Shown piece after piece: positions 1 through 12,828 of a DNA stretch of 64,000 bases (its first letter is position 1; every line of letters starts with the position of its first letter). A program made the position numbers and the translations under genes. Origin of the DNA: Leucoraja erinacea. Its lineage: Eukaryota. The notes below the pieces were generated by a model. The model ran no database searches, had not been told where the DNA came from, and saw only the letters and a list, made by a program, of their open reading frames with translations. Location of the stretch: positions 56,978,001-57,042,000 of the forward strand of contig NC_073379.1 in assembly GCF_028641065.1 (NCBI RefSeq), given 5' to 3'.

Positions 1-305
1 GGAAGGAACTGCAGATGTTGGTTTAAACCGAAGATAGACACAAAAAGCAAGAGTAACTCAGCCAGACAGGCAGTATCTCTGGAAAGAAGGAATGGGTGAT
101 GTTTCGGTTCAAGACCCTTCTTCAGACTGGTTAGGGATAAGGGAAATATAGAGATATAGATGCTGATGTAGAGAGATAAAGAACAATGATTGAAACATAT
201 ACAAAAAAGAAATGATCAGGCCATTCTTAGCTGTTTGTTGGGTGAAAATGAGAATTTAGTGCAAATTGGGTGGGGGAGGGATAGAGAGCGAGGGAATCAG
301 AGGGA
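1..305 (-). mobile_element. Penelope-like element 3' end/pLTR fragment with decayed hammerhead core (98-125)
   Basis: Same terminal-repeat family as the one attached to the GIY-YIG ORF at 23.7 kb. Minus strand reads CTGAAGA-A-GGGTCTTGAACC-GAAACATC. Confidence 0.8.
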
Positions 306-384
306 TTCTACAGAACGTTCAAGGTTTTGTAGACAAAATGGAGTGAAACCTCTGATGTGATACAGCAGCTTTTTTTCCCTACAT

Positions 385-814
385 TAACCATATAACCATA
401 TAACAATTACAGCACGGAAACAGGCCATCTCGGCCCTACAAGTCCGTGCCGAACAACTTTTTTTCCCTTAGTCCCACCTGCCTGCACTCATACCATAACC
501 CTCCATTCCCTTCTCATCCATATGCCTATTCAATTTATTTTTAAATGATACCAATGAACCTGCCTCCACCACTTCCACTAGAAGCTCATTCCACACCGCT
601 ACCACTCTCTGAGTAAAGAAGTTCCCCCTCATATTACCCCTAAACTTCTGTCCCTTAATTCTGAAGTCATGTCCTCTTGTTTGAATCTTCCCTATTCTCA
701 AAGGGAAAAGCTTGTCCACATCAACTCTGTCTATCCCTTTCATCATTTTAAAGAACTCTATCAAGTCCCCCCTTAACCTTCTGCGCTCTAGAGAATAAAG
801 ACCTAACTTATTCA
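385..814 (-). mobile_element. CR1 LINE 3' fragment, (ATGGTTAT)n-tailed family
   Basis: ORF 468..815 has the CR1 ORF2 C-terminus (LGLYSLERRRLRGDLIE...FFTQRVVAVWN) and an octamer tail. Confidence 0.92.
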
Positions 815-3639
815 TTATTCCAATACATTATTTTGAGTAGATCCAGATTTTCCAAAGTAATTAATCCAAGATGATCATTTCAATTACGTGAAACTGAGAC
901 ACCCTTGGGTTAATTTTCCAATTTCAGAGGGTATTGTTATTAAAATAGCAGGACAAAATTACTAACTGTGCCTGACTCACCAGCACTCACTTTCTTTAAG
1001 TGAGCGTTTATCAGTGAAACAAACAACTTTCAGTGAAGGGAACTGCTGAAGAACCAGGTGAGGTTAATAATGGCAGAGCACTAAGAAAAGTCAATTTGGT
1101 TGGCTCAAGTCACATTAGCTTTAGTGATAGTGGCAAGCCCAGTCCTCTGGGGGATGTGCCAGACACAGAGGATCATGTTGGTCAACTCTTGATAGGTGAG
1201 GAGCAGCCATAATGATTTCATCTTGCAGCAACTCTTCACCTTTGAGGAACCATATTAGACCAACGGGAGCTACTTGAAGCCAAGGCAAGCAGAATGCTTT
1301 GAAGTCTATGCAATGGAGAACATTGCTGATGTTGCCACCTGCAACCTGATGGCAGCAGGGTGACGTTCTGGCAGACTTCTGCTGCTACTGCCTAGGCTGT
1401 TTTGAAGATAGTCTTCAGTTTGCTTTCCAAACAGTCGCAACCACAACCATTTTTCCTTTAAGAGGTGCAGGATTGATGTAACCAGGCACTCTAGTGATGT
1501 GCTAAGTTCACTAAATCTTTTGGTGAACTCGTGGCATGTATTTCATATTCAACACCCATTAGTGAGTTGGGCAAAGGTTAATAACAAATTTGTTTTCCAC
1601 GAATGGCCAACATAGTCTTGCAGGTGGCTTCAGGTAGCAAGTCTGCAACAGCTGTGGGCTAGGAGGAAATGATAGACCAGGTGCAAACCAGTGGTAATGG
1701 GACAGGAATGAGTTAATAAGATGTTGGTCACCTTTTTATGCTTTTGGAGCAATTCACAAGACAGTAGGTTGGCTTATAACTGTGGAATTAATTCTGGAAT
1801 GAAATCCCGGGACTCAGAGAACTCCATGTTCAGGAGTCACCCTTATTACCAAATGAATTATGAGGCCAAGAAATTAACATCAGAATCTTGAATTTCTTAA
1901 CAATGCCAAACATGATGACCTTGGAGTTATTCAGTTGAGGGGGTCAAGGAAAGAGCGTTCACATTGCAGCCCTGTTTCCACCAATCTTTCCACCACTACA
2001 CACACGAAGCACAAGAAGCGCAAGTCGCCATTGGCTGCAGATACCAGGAAGTGTGTTCAGCTCTGGCTGAACAATTTCTAATCTTGTGATATGGACTCGA
2101 TAAGAAGAGTAGAGTTCAGAGGAATAATTTAATGTATTTATTGAACCAGAGAATTGCACAGTTCTGTTTTACTTTAGAAGTTATTGCAGTAACTTTAATT
2201 TACTTTTAAATTTGTTATTGCACTACTATACCAGTACCACATTTGTATAGTCAAAATATTATTAGGATAAATCTTGTACAACATTAGAGGGTCATTTATT
2301 CCTCTGCTCTCTCCACCCATTTCATTGCTCAGGTCCCAGAATTAAAAGTAGTATCTGCTGCTACAAACATTGTGATTGACATATTAATCTGACATTCAAA
2401 AATTATATCACTATTTTGGACAGGATACTAATGTTGCAGCATGCTGTGTGTAACAACTGCTGGACTGGGCACTCAATTGAAGTGGCATTATGCTTGAAAA
2501 ATAAAACTCAATCACAATTGACCAATGTTTAATTATATCAACTACAAGTGGGAAAAATGAGTAAATTACTGTTACTGGTGGCCTCTCAGAAGGTCAGGGC
2601 TAATTAGCAGTTGCTTGAAGTCAGTCCATCTCGTTCCTTTTCAGTGGAAAATGTTGGCTTAAAACAGCCAAGCACAGATAGAATGTGGCCTCTGAAGTGT
2701 AAGATGTGCTGTACCACCCAAATATACAAACGCAACAAAAGTAGAGAGAAATAACAGGAGCCATTCAACTACTTCAGGTTGCAAATAGCAAGACTTCTGA
2801 AGATAGTTTTTAAATAAATCTTTTGACTAACTAGCACAGCAATAGCTGTAAAAGTGAGCAAAGGAGGATTAGAATGTTGGCAGGAGAGCTGCCCAAATCT
2901 CGTCTTCAATGATGGATTGACTTTGGTTTAAGACCAAAGGAACACAAAAAAATTAACTGCTTAGCAGAATGATTATATTGCACAAGGGTGATTTTTTTTT
3001 GTGCACCATGCTGTTCAATTTCAATGAAATATCAATGATAGTGGAAAATCAGTGACCTACTTCAACTTGCAAGGTTTGGCATTTTCTGACTGGGTTCTCT
3101 GTCCATTTGATGCTTCCTCAATCATCAGGAATTATCACTTTTCAGATCAGTTGACGTGGAGTAATTTCAAAGACTTCCTACAGCAAGAAGTCTCATTAAA
3201 TATGTTTAGTAGTGGACAGGAAATATGGCTTTTATCACCACCTGACAGGCTGCAATTTTATCTGCCAATTTCAGAAGATACCCAGCATGGAAGTTCTGGA
3301 CCTTGTTCTCTTGCAACCTGCACACATTTGAGACCTGTACCTTATTGTTATGCCCGACAGTGTTAACACCATAAACATCCCAAGGTGTTTCCTAGGAGTA
3401 AAGGGCTAAACTTGACAAGAAGCCAAAGAAAGGGACATTGGGACAGGAATTCAGACATTAGGCCCTTCATGGGCACCCTAAAGAGGAAGACAGATGTTAA
3501 GCCAGGGAAGCCTAGAGAATGAATTTCAGACCAATGCCCTAGATGGCTGAAACCACAGCTGACAATGGGCGAGTGATGCATTTTCTTTCATTTATTCATT
3601 TTACCATTGGTCAAGGTCAATATTCATTTTCTACCCCTA

Positions 3640-4930
3640 ATTGCCCTTGAGAAGATGGTAGAGCCAGATTCTTGCAGCTTTGTGATTCTTCCAGTGATGT
3701 TGATCTTGCTCCACTGTTGTGGAGGAAGCTCAAGTTTTCAGACCAAACAATGCTGATGGAGCAACAACATGCTTCCAATTCATAATAGCGTAAAAATTGG
3801 AGGGGACACGCAGAGGATCTTGTTACGCGTCTACTGCCCTCTTCTTTCTGGGCGCTGGAGGCCATGGATGTGGAAGACGCAGACTGAATAGTCCAGTAGA
3901 ATAACTGCAATTTCCACAGTAGATGTCATACACTACAACTGCTGTGTGAAGCTGGTGAAGCTAATTCATGCGTAGGGATGTGGATGAAGTGATAATCGTG
4001 CTGGCTGCTTTTTCTTGGATGGTGGCTTGATCAATGAACATCCCCATATCTGACCTTAAATCACTGATGAGGCAATGATTAGGCCTAGGGCATTGTCCAG
4101 AGGAGTTCCCACAGTGAACTCCTGGTTTTGAATGACTAACCTCCAACAATCACAATGTCTGCAAAGTCAGATGCCAAGCACTATCCCTCACTACTATTGT
4201 TTTCAGTTTTACTGGGCTGTTGATGCCAATATTGCCTTTTCTGGGACATAGCTCTCTCATCTGCATCTTGAGCAAGTCTGGTAGCGAATGCTTCTGTTGA
4301 ATAAGGGACGAGGTTGCAGACCGTGGTGATGTACTATTCTGTGGTAGCTGATGGTTCACGGCACCTGAAGGATGTCCAGTTTTGAGCTGTCAGATTGGTT
4401 CTGATTTACATCCATTTAGTATGATTGTACATGAAGCAGGGTGCCCTTGGGGCATAGTAGAACTTTGTGTGGTTTTTAGTTTTATCACTGCTGTCACAGA
4501 GAGACGCATCCACAACAGATGGATCAGAGAGGATAATGTGCGGTAAGTTTACCCGTTGTGCTAGGTCACTTTCTACCCGTCACACACTGGATCTGGCAGC
4601 GATGTCCTTCAGGGCTCATCTAGTCTTAGCAGTGGATGTTGAAGTCACCCCCACTCAGAGTACATTCTTGCTACTGTCAGTACTTAGAAGTGTTGTTTAA
4701 CATTGGCGCGCACTGATTCACCAGGTTAGACAGAAAGCAAGGTGATAATCAGAAGGAGATTTGAGCTGATACCATGAGAGGTTAAGAAGCTAAAGTCAAT
4801 ATTGAGGACAATATTCCAGGGCCTTGCCCACCCTCCTTCACACCACAGTGGAGGGTGAACACGAGACTGACAGAAATACAGGAGGTTACAGAGACAGAGA
4901 GGGACATTGAAGAATTATTTTCATCCAAGT
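3640..4930 (-). mobile_element. Old, heavily decayed CR1/L2-like LINE
   Basis: Frameshifted RT remnants around 4030-4130 (GVPQG...LGP-like, SDMGMFID) and IQEKAA in ORF 3961..4149. Confidence 0.5.
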
Positions 4931-6645
4931 ATGAGAATCTTAAATTGGAGAGATTAGTGGACTGGAAGCCAATGTAAGCCGGCAATTACACAGCTGAAGG
5001 GCTATCACTTAAAACATAAACAAAGCCCTATATTTTGTTTCACCATTGGATGGATAACCCACCTACAAACATGCAACATAATGAGTCCAGCTTAATGAAA
5101 GAGGGTCCTTGGGATATTTCTAAATTGAATGTTTGATCAAGGTGGGGAATAAAGCTAGAAAGTCCAACGCAGCAGTAATTGTGGCAAATCTTGGATCGCC
5201 ACCAGTGTGAAGTTGGCACAGTTAGAGGTAGCTACGTAAATATGTGTCCTCATGGCAGCAATAAAGAACTTTTAAGTGTACACTATCATTACAAATCAGC
5301 AGATCTGCAACTGAACAGCACTTGAATACTATGACTACTGCTGCAAATACATTAACCTGCAGTTCTACATGCAAATTGAGCGAATGCTTGGAGATAATAT
5401 AAAAGGGCGTTACACTGCAAACAAAATTATTTCTAGGAAGCTTAGAAAGTTGAACAGAATCATCTAAAGCCATTTTTTCCTCTATTTTTACTTATATTGC
5501 ATTTTTGTAATCTTTAACAGAGCCTTTAGCATTGTTGGGCTGAAGCTCACCTTAAGTGGTGATAACAAGCTCGCAAGATGATCTTGTAGGTCAGCATATT
5601 CTTTCAGACTCCAGTCGGTGCAAGGAATCCATTTCCAGTGCCACCGCTCAACCGCCACTGGTGGGCTCAGTATAGATATCCTGAGCTGAGGGGCTTATAC
5701 ACATTGTATCTAACCTTTCATCATTAAGCCACCATCCAGTGGAGCCCCAGACATTTGAATGGGGGCTACCAGGGTATCCTGCTTTCTTTGTTTCTTTATT
5801 TTATTTTATTTTATTTTATTTTGTAATAATGTTCTTCAGTTTCAGATGGTATCGAGGCCAAAGTAAATGTAATCTGCATAGAGGTACAAGAATACTTGAT
5901 GCTAATGTTTGGTGAAGAAGTGGTAAGGTTTTTCACTTGCAGTCCTACAATCCCATTGCATCTTGTCAAACCGGTACTTTTCCTGTAGACATATAGGTCT
6001 TGGCACAGACCTTTAACAAACGTACATATCACATGGCCGGAAAACAAAATAATGATGTTTAACCTTTTAGAAGTGCTGGTATGCTGTACTGCAGTGTAGT
6101 CACAAAAATAAGCCCAGGGTCAAGCCGTTCTAGTGCAGCTGCAGCATTGTGGAAAATTGCAAAGACCTTGTCCTGCCTGTGAAAGGTGACACATATTCCA
6201 CCCAAACCAGCCTTCTATCAATCGTCAGCACATCGCTATCAAGCTCTCACTTAAAAATAGCTTGTTTATGATACTCAGAGTGTGATCTTCTCTGGAACTG
6301 CATGACTCTAGATCTCACCCTGGACAAAGCTGCTGAATCCAGGGAAGATGCAAGTGTGAGTGCCCATGGCCTCATGCGACATACAAAAGAGTGTAGTCCC
6401 AAGGAACCCAAGTGAAAATGGAATAGGAAGCAAGAGGAAAACTCTTGCACAAAGGAAAGTAGTCAACAATCCCAGAATATTGCTTCAGATGTTTCTTCAG
6501 GGGAAGGGGAGGGGAAGGGTGTTTCTGGCTCAGCCATCTTGAACTGATTTATAACGTGGAATTATCAGTCCAAATACAAGCAGATAAAGAGAGAAATAAA
6601 AGCTAAATAAAAGTTCTCAATGCATAAGTACAATGTTGAATATTG

Positions 6646-7394
6646 CTGGGAAAGGGGGAGATGCAGCGAGACCTGGGTGTCATGGTACACCAGTCATTGA
6701 AGGTAGGCATGCAGGTGCAGCAGGCAGTAAAGAAAGTGAATGGTATGTTAGCTTTCATTGCAAAAGGATTTGAGTATAGGAGCAGAGAGGTTCTACTGCA
6801 GTTGTACAGGGTCTTGGTGAGACCACACCTGGAGTATTGCGTACAGTTTTGGTCTCCAAATCTGAGGAAGGACATTATTGCCATAGAGGGAGTGCAGAGA
6901 CGGTTCACCAGACTGATTCCTGGGATGTCAGGACTGTCTTATGAAGAAAGCCTGGATAGACTTGGTTTATACTCTCTAGAATTTAGAAGATTGAGAGGGG
7001 ATCTTATAGAAACTTACAAAATTCTTAAGCGGTTGGACAGGCTAGATGCAGGAAGATTGTTCCCGATGTTAGGGAAGTCCAGGACAAGGGGTCACAGCTT
7101 AAGGATAAAGGGGAAATCCTTTAAAACCGAGATGAGAAGAACTTTTTTCACGCAGAGAGTGGTGAATCTCTGGAACTCTCTGCCACAGAGGGTAGTTGAG
7201 GCCAGTTCATTGGCTATATTTAAGAGGGAGTTAGATGTGGCCCTTGTGGCTAAGGGGATCAGGGGGTATGGAGAGAAGGCAGGTACGGGGATACTGAGTT
7301 GGATGATCAGCCATGATCATATTGAATGGCGGTGCAGGCTCGAAGGGCCGAATGGCCTACTCCTGCACCTAATTTCTATGTTTCTATGTTTCTA
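6646..7394 (+). mobile_element. CR1 (HER1-like) LINE, 5'-truncated, (TTTCTATG)n tail
   Basis: ORF 6643..7395: QRDLGV...LYRVLVRPHLEYCVQFWSP...RRLRGDLIETYK. Confidence 0.95.
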
Positions 7395-9055
7395 AGATCC
7401 TTGGTTTGTTTTGTACTGTAATGTACAAGAACAGTAATTTCTGACTGAAGCCCATGATGCATATTAGAACAATAGACTAAAAAACTTTAGACCCATAAAT
7501 TTAGCAAAGATAAGGCATTTCACATTAGAGCCAACAACCTGGGGTGAAGTGACGTGAAAACAGCAAAGAAAAATAGTGCAGGAGATATATCCAGTAATTA
7601 AATGTATCAGGGCAGCATAGCCTAGGTGTCCGTTCAGGAACCAGTGCTGCAGCTGAACACATGCCCACAGCTGTGGACAACAAGGATAAAGAACAGGAAG
7701 TGTGAATGTCAGTATAATCACGGCCAGTGGGAAAAGGAGTCATTGTTGATATGGACAGTCAATTGGAGAAGTATATGTGTCCCAGATAGATGATCGGAGA
7801 AAATTATGGAGCCAGTGCAATTAGTGTAATGTGGAATAATGCAAATGAGTTTTGATATTCTGAGTATTTGTAGATGATCAGTGTGCCTCATGGATAAAGC
7901 TGAATGGTTGAGGGAGTTCAGTGTCTGTTTTGCCGTAAATGGTAAAATAAAACTCCTTTAAAAGTCATAAGAATTGCTATTTTTTTGCAACGACAATAGT
8001 AAGGTTATAAGAAGGTCAAAAGTCTACTGATTACAGCATTGTTTGGTTCCATTCACAATCCACATGTCTGCACTTGGCAGCATTCGAACTGAAAAGTCAC
8101 AAATAGCATTTTCAGCAGCATGAGCATCTGGCAGTGTGGAGAGAGTAGCTACCTCCCCCTGACAATCAGCAGTATTACTCCTGCTGATATCTCCTTCATC
8201 AACACCCTGGCAATCTTTCGGACTGGAAGATCATTTGGACCAGCACAAAAATATCATTTTAACCCACAGTGCTCTAATTCTGGGTACTCTATAGGTAGTG
8301 GTATATTTCTTCACAGTCTCTCTTGTATCTATAAAGGCACAAATCATGATAAAAAACTCTCCATCCACCCGATGAGTGTAGCTGCATCAACACCAGCATA
8401 GCTTTCTCAGGGTATATAAAATCAACCTGATCGACAGCCCATTCATCTATCACCTTAAACACCTGCTCCACTGGCAGCTGTTTACACATCTACAGGGTGC
8501 ACTGTCAAACTTTAGACAGCACTTCTCATAGGCATGACTTCTACTACCAAAGGCAAGGCTGCCAAGGATAGGGCATAAATAAACAGCATCACTTCCAAGC
8601 TTTTCTCCGAATTGTTACCATCGGCATTGGATATCTATCACTGTTCATTATCACTGGCCAAAACCTGCCACTCTATTCAGAGACTAGTGATCGATGGGGA
8701 TGGGTCACTTGTGAAGGACAGCTAACTCTGAGTGGCAAAAGCTATTCTTACCTGAGATATCATAATCCTAAGATTTCATCAAACATAATATCTACTTTCA
8801 GTACAATGCTGAGGGTACATTTCAGCATTTTTATTATGGTGTGACCCACATTCACCTGTTCTCTGAATGTGAAGATCCCACACTATTTAGTGGTTTGTCT
8901 TGTCCCAATGCCTTTGCAACAGATGACCCGACCATTCATGAAGCCGGCTGTTTGAGACGCCTTGCTCTATGAAACCTGCTTGCCAAACCTGCTCAGTGAA
9001 GAATGACTGCACCCATTCAAACTGTTGTATGTAAAAGAGTCATTTGAAAGGGGAA

Positions 9056-9560
9056 ATAGAGGGAGTACAGAGGAGATTTACTAGAATGTTGCCTGGGTTT
9101 CAGCAACTAAGTTACAGAGAAAGGTTGAACAAGTTAGGTCTTTATTCTTTAGAGCACAGAAGGTTAAGGGGGGACTTGATAGAGGTCTTTAAAATGGTGA
9201 GAGGGATAGACAGAGTTGACGTGGATAAGCTTTTCCCATTGAGAGTAGGGAAGATTCAAACAGGAGGACATGACTTGAGAATTAAGGGACAGAAGTTTAG
9301 GGGTAACATGAGGGGGAACTTCTTTACTCAGAGAGTGGTAGCTGTGTGGAATGAGCTTCCAGTGGAAGTGGTGAAGGCAGATTTGATTTTATCATTTAAA
9401 AATAAATTGCATAAGTATATGGACGTGAAAGGAATGGAGGGTTATGGTCTGAGTGCAGGTAGATGGGACAAGGGGAAAATAAGTGTTCGGCACGGACTTG
9501 AAGGGCCGAGATGGCCTGTTTTCCGTGCTGTAATTGTTATATGGTTATATGGTTATATGG
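9056..9560 (+). mobile_element. CR1 LINE 3' fragment, (ATGGTTAT)n tail
   Basis: ORF 9044..9571 is a CR1 C-terminus; near-identical to the reverse complement of 385-814. Confidence 0.93.
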
Positions 9561-10442
9561 AATGCTTTTAAAGCAGAGCAAGATTTGATTCTTCACCAAG
9601 TGGCAGTTTCTGAATTAACAAAAACTGTGGAGATGATCTGTTAAATAACACCAAATGATAAGACTTTAATAAATTATAATTTAACAAGCAACAAGATGAC
9701 ACAAAATGATGAGAGATTCTTCACAACAGAATTGAACAAATGTTGGTCAATTCAACCAGTTGAAATGTGGTTTATTATTGTCCCCAACTGGATTGTTGGG
9801 ATGCAAGAACTTCATATGTAATTCCAAGTTCAGCAAGTGTGAAGTGTTGTGGATATCAATATAGGCTTTGTCTTATCCGGAACGCATGGTCAATGTCTTG
9901 ATTTTATAATTCCAAAATATATTTTGCCTTTTTTTCAGGATAATACAGAATCTGTCTAGATTTATTGTTATTTCATGTCAACAGTAATTGACATTAAGAA
10001 TAAGTCTGAATATCGGACTGGAAAGCTGGTGATTTTCTATTGGCATAAAATATTTATTCTTCATCACCAAGGGATGAGATTCTGGAAAATATTTTAATTC
10101 CCAGAGAATATAAACAAAAGATAAATATTTATATGACATCAAGCTGGCAGATTTATGCAGTGCAACTAAGATGGATGTATTAACCCTTTCACTGGCCAGT
10201 GTCCATCATACATTTGCTTCATTATTGTATGGTAACATCATTTTACAAACTTTTAGCTTGCTAAATTTTGGTAACATTTAAAAATTCATTTTCCAATGAA
10301 AAAAATGATTTCTCAATAAACAATCAAGCAAAAGTATCAATTCAATCATAACTTTGGGATTATTCTACCAACTGTTCAAATCTCTGATGGTGGATGGACT
10401 AACATAACATTTGTCTTTCTGCGTGGACAGACATACACAAAC

Positions 10443-10561
10443 CTGGCCGATTGCAACCTCTGCTCCATTGGGCAAGCTTCCGTTCTGCACTGGTGGGGAA
10501 AGATCCTTTGGTGGTGTCACTTCAACTTCTACGTTTGCTGTATTTGGCAGCTCTACTTTGT
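10443..10561 (-). CDS. SLC24A2: SLC24A2 119-nt exon (phase 1 to 0): (D)KVELPNTANVEVEVTPPKDLSPPVQNGSLPNGAEVAIGQ
   Basis: Acceptor tactttatccacgcag|AC, donor CAG|gtttgt. Lies within ORF 10365..10646. Homologous to human EKIELPNSTSTDVEMTPSSDASEPVQNG. Confidence 0.93.
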
Positions 10562-10818
10562 CTGCGTGGATAAAGTATGGAATACGCAACTTGTTAGAAA
10601 ATGACATTGGCAAACCCCAACTGTGGAATAGAAGCATGCTTGTCAAAACAATAACAATGTATTTTCTGCTGCAAAATACATTATTGGAAACAATGGAATG
10701 AGTTCTAATTTAATAATAACTTAATTTCACATAATACAACTTTCAAATAGTGTTTATGGTAGACAGAGAATTGGCCAGAAATCACTTCTTTTCATATGCC
10801 AGCTGCAATCAGTATTCA

Positions 10819-11000
10819 GTAGACAAAAGTGCTGGAGAAACTCAGCGGGTGCAGCAGCATATAAGGAGCAAAGGAAATAGGCAACGTTTCGGGCCGAAAC
10901 CCTTCTTCAGACTTATGACGCCTAGCCTCGCTGCCTCACCGGTAACTCTGTATATCTCCCCTTCCCCGATAAAAAATAAAATACAGTTCCTTCTTAAACA
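10819..11000 (-). mobile_element. PLE pLTR insertion (inverted piece plus a garbled forward 3' end)
   Basis: gtagacaaaagtgctggagaaactcagcggg...cttcagac is followed by the pLTR terminus cagttccttcttaaaca. Possible 10-bp flank repeat tcagtattca (10809-10818 / 11014-11023). Confidence 0.78.
10883..10910 (-). ncRNA. Minimal type I hammerhead ribozyme core (GUU site), sense to the SLC24A2 pre-mRNA
   Basis: CUGAAGA-A-GGGU[UUCG]GCCC-GAAACGUU. Conserved core with a palindromic ACGU stem III, as described for PLE hammerheads. Confidence 0.75.
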
Positions 11001-11859
11001 GTGATTCAGTAGTTCAGTATTCACCGCCCCCCTTAAAGTGGGCATGATGCATTTGTAAGTTAAAACAGTGCCTTTGTGGAAATTTGCGAGATAAGCATTG
11101 GGGGTGGGTGAGTGGAATAGAGGGCTTGACATCCATGCAAAGATAAACTGTTCTCATTAAATATATTCAAATAGTTCTTGAATATGTTAAAATGTTCAAA
11201 GTGTATCTGTAACTAAAACAGCAAGAATACAGGTAACAGTCTGAGGAGAAACATTCAATGTGTCAGATGTCTTAAAAGACTTAAGTGATCCAGATGGACA
11301 TTTACGTCAATCAATTAGATTCTCATCACCGTTGCTGATACCAGCACTTTCCAGATTTTTATTTAATCAACTGAACTTAAAAATCCAGATGTCACAGTGG
11401 GATATGTAATTGCATCTCCAGAAGGTAATTCAATCCTCTGCATTGCTAAACCAATAATATTTTACCATATCCATCTCTAACAGATAATACCTTCACTTGC
11501 GTAATGCCCATCATAAATACAAATTCCTCTGCATGTTTAGAAGGAAGAATGTTAATGTCAATGGAAGATCATGTAGGTTGAAACAAAATTATTTAATTCA
11601 CTCAAAGTATTTTAGTGGGACTTTCCCACCATCATTTTTCTTTGAGGGGAAATGACCTCATCTTTAGCTGATACTCTGTATTTAGAACCCAGCTAATTCA
11701 TATTTCAATGTACTCTTGGATGCATGCCTCAAAACAAATTGCACCTCAGATAATATATGTAGAAATTTAATCTTACATTGATTTGTAGCATTTAAACATC
11801 ATTTGTTGATTTCCAAGAATGAATTATTTATTTGCATAAAAATAACCCACTAGGTTGTT

Positions 11860-12150
11860 ACGGTGGTGCAGTGATAAAGTTGCTGCCTTACAGTGCTTGC
11901 AGTTTGATCCTGACTTCAGGTGCTGTCTGTATGGAGTTTGTACGTTCTCCCCGTGATCATGTGGGTTTTCTCCGGGAACTTCGCTTTCCTCCCACACTCC
12001 AAAGACGTACAGGTTTGTAGGTTAATTGGCTTGGTATAAGTGTAAATTGTCCCTAGTGTGTGTAAGATGGTGTTAATGTGCAGGGATCGCTGGTCGGTGT
12101 GGACTCGGTGGGTCGAAGGGCCTTTTTCCACGCTGTATCTCTAAAACAAA
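11860..12150 (+). mobile_element. tRNA-derived V-SINE (HE1-like)
   Basis: tRNA-like head plus V-core TGTATGGAGTTTGTACGTTCTCCCCGTG...TTTCCTCCCACA and a LINE-type tail. Confidence 0.85.
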
Positions 12151-12304
12151 AAAACCTTAAAAGACTAGTTTGTGTCTATTGCTACCATTATGAAATGTAA
12201 CTGATTTCTACCCTGCTTATTGTCAAGATTTGAATCATAAATTCCAACACTAATTGGAACGCATCCTATTGGGTTGTATCACAGCTTGTTTCAGACCACC
12301 TTGT

Positions 12305-12535
12305 CTATGTCGACCAAGTTAGCATATTGGTCTAGTCTCATCTGCCTGCATTTGGCCCATATCCCTCTAAACCCTTCCTATCCATAAATCTATTCAAATG
12401 TCCTTTGAAATTTGAAATTGTATTGGCTTGTTTAGGTTCTTCTGGCAGCTCATTCCAGATATAGTTGAATACTCTCTGAGTGTAAAAGTTGCCCTTGAGG
12501 TCCCTCTCAAATCTTTCCCCTCTTATCCCCTCTTC
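12305..12535 (-). mobile_element. Older CR1 3' fragment
   Basis: ORF 12338..12565 (GNFYTQRV...WNELPEE...MDRKGLEGYG). Confidence 0.75.
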
Positions 12536-12646
12536 TGTTAAGTAGATATGAAAGCATGAAAACATGTACCATCATATTTAAGAGCAATTCTTCCCCATTG
12601 ATATCAGGTTACTGAATGGTCGACCCATAACCTAGGATCTTCCAAC

Positions 12647-12828
12647 CTGGATACTTCCAAGAGAGAGCTAAATAGGGCTCTTAAAGATAGTGGAGTCAGG
12701 CGATTTGGGGAGAAGGCAGGAATGGGGTACTGATTGGGGATGATCAGCCATGATCACATTGAATAGCGCTGCTGGCTCGAAGGCTGAATGGCCTACTCCT
12801 GCACCTATTATCTATTGTCCATTGTCTA
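12647..12828 (+). mobile_element. CR1 3' end, (CTATTGT)n tail, inserted in a Rex1-type 3' UTR (about 12560-13040)
   Basis: gatcagccatgatcacattgaat...cctactcctgcaccta tail. The flanks resemble the 3' UTRs at 19600-19860 and 60150-60300. Confidence 0.8.

Noticed and set aside
1040-2120. Possible decayed Gypsy relic (TGGCGAC PBS-like near 2025, minus strand)
   Set aside because: No LTRs or readable gag/pol motifs.
10562-10635. Upstream acceptor ttctattccacag| that would extend the 119-nt exon (ORF WGLPMSFSNKLRIPYF)
   Set aside because: It adds 59 nt and breaks the phase with the preceding exon; the 119-nt form fits the homolog.
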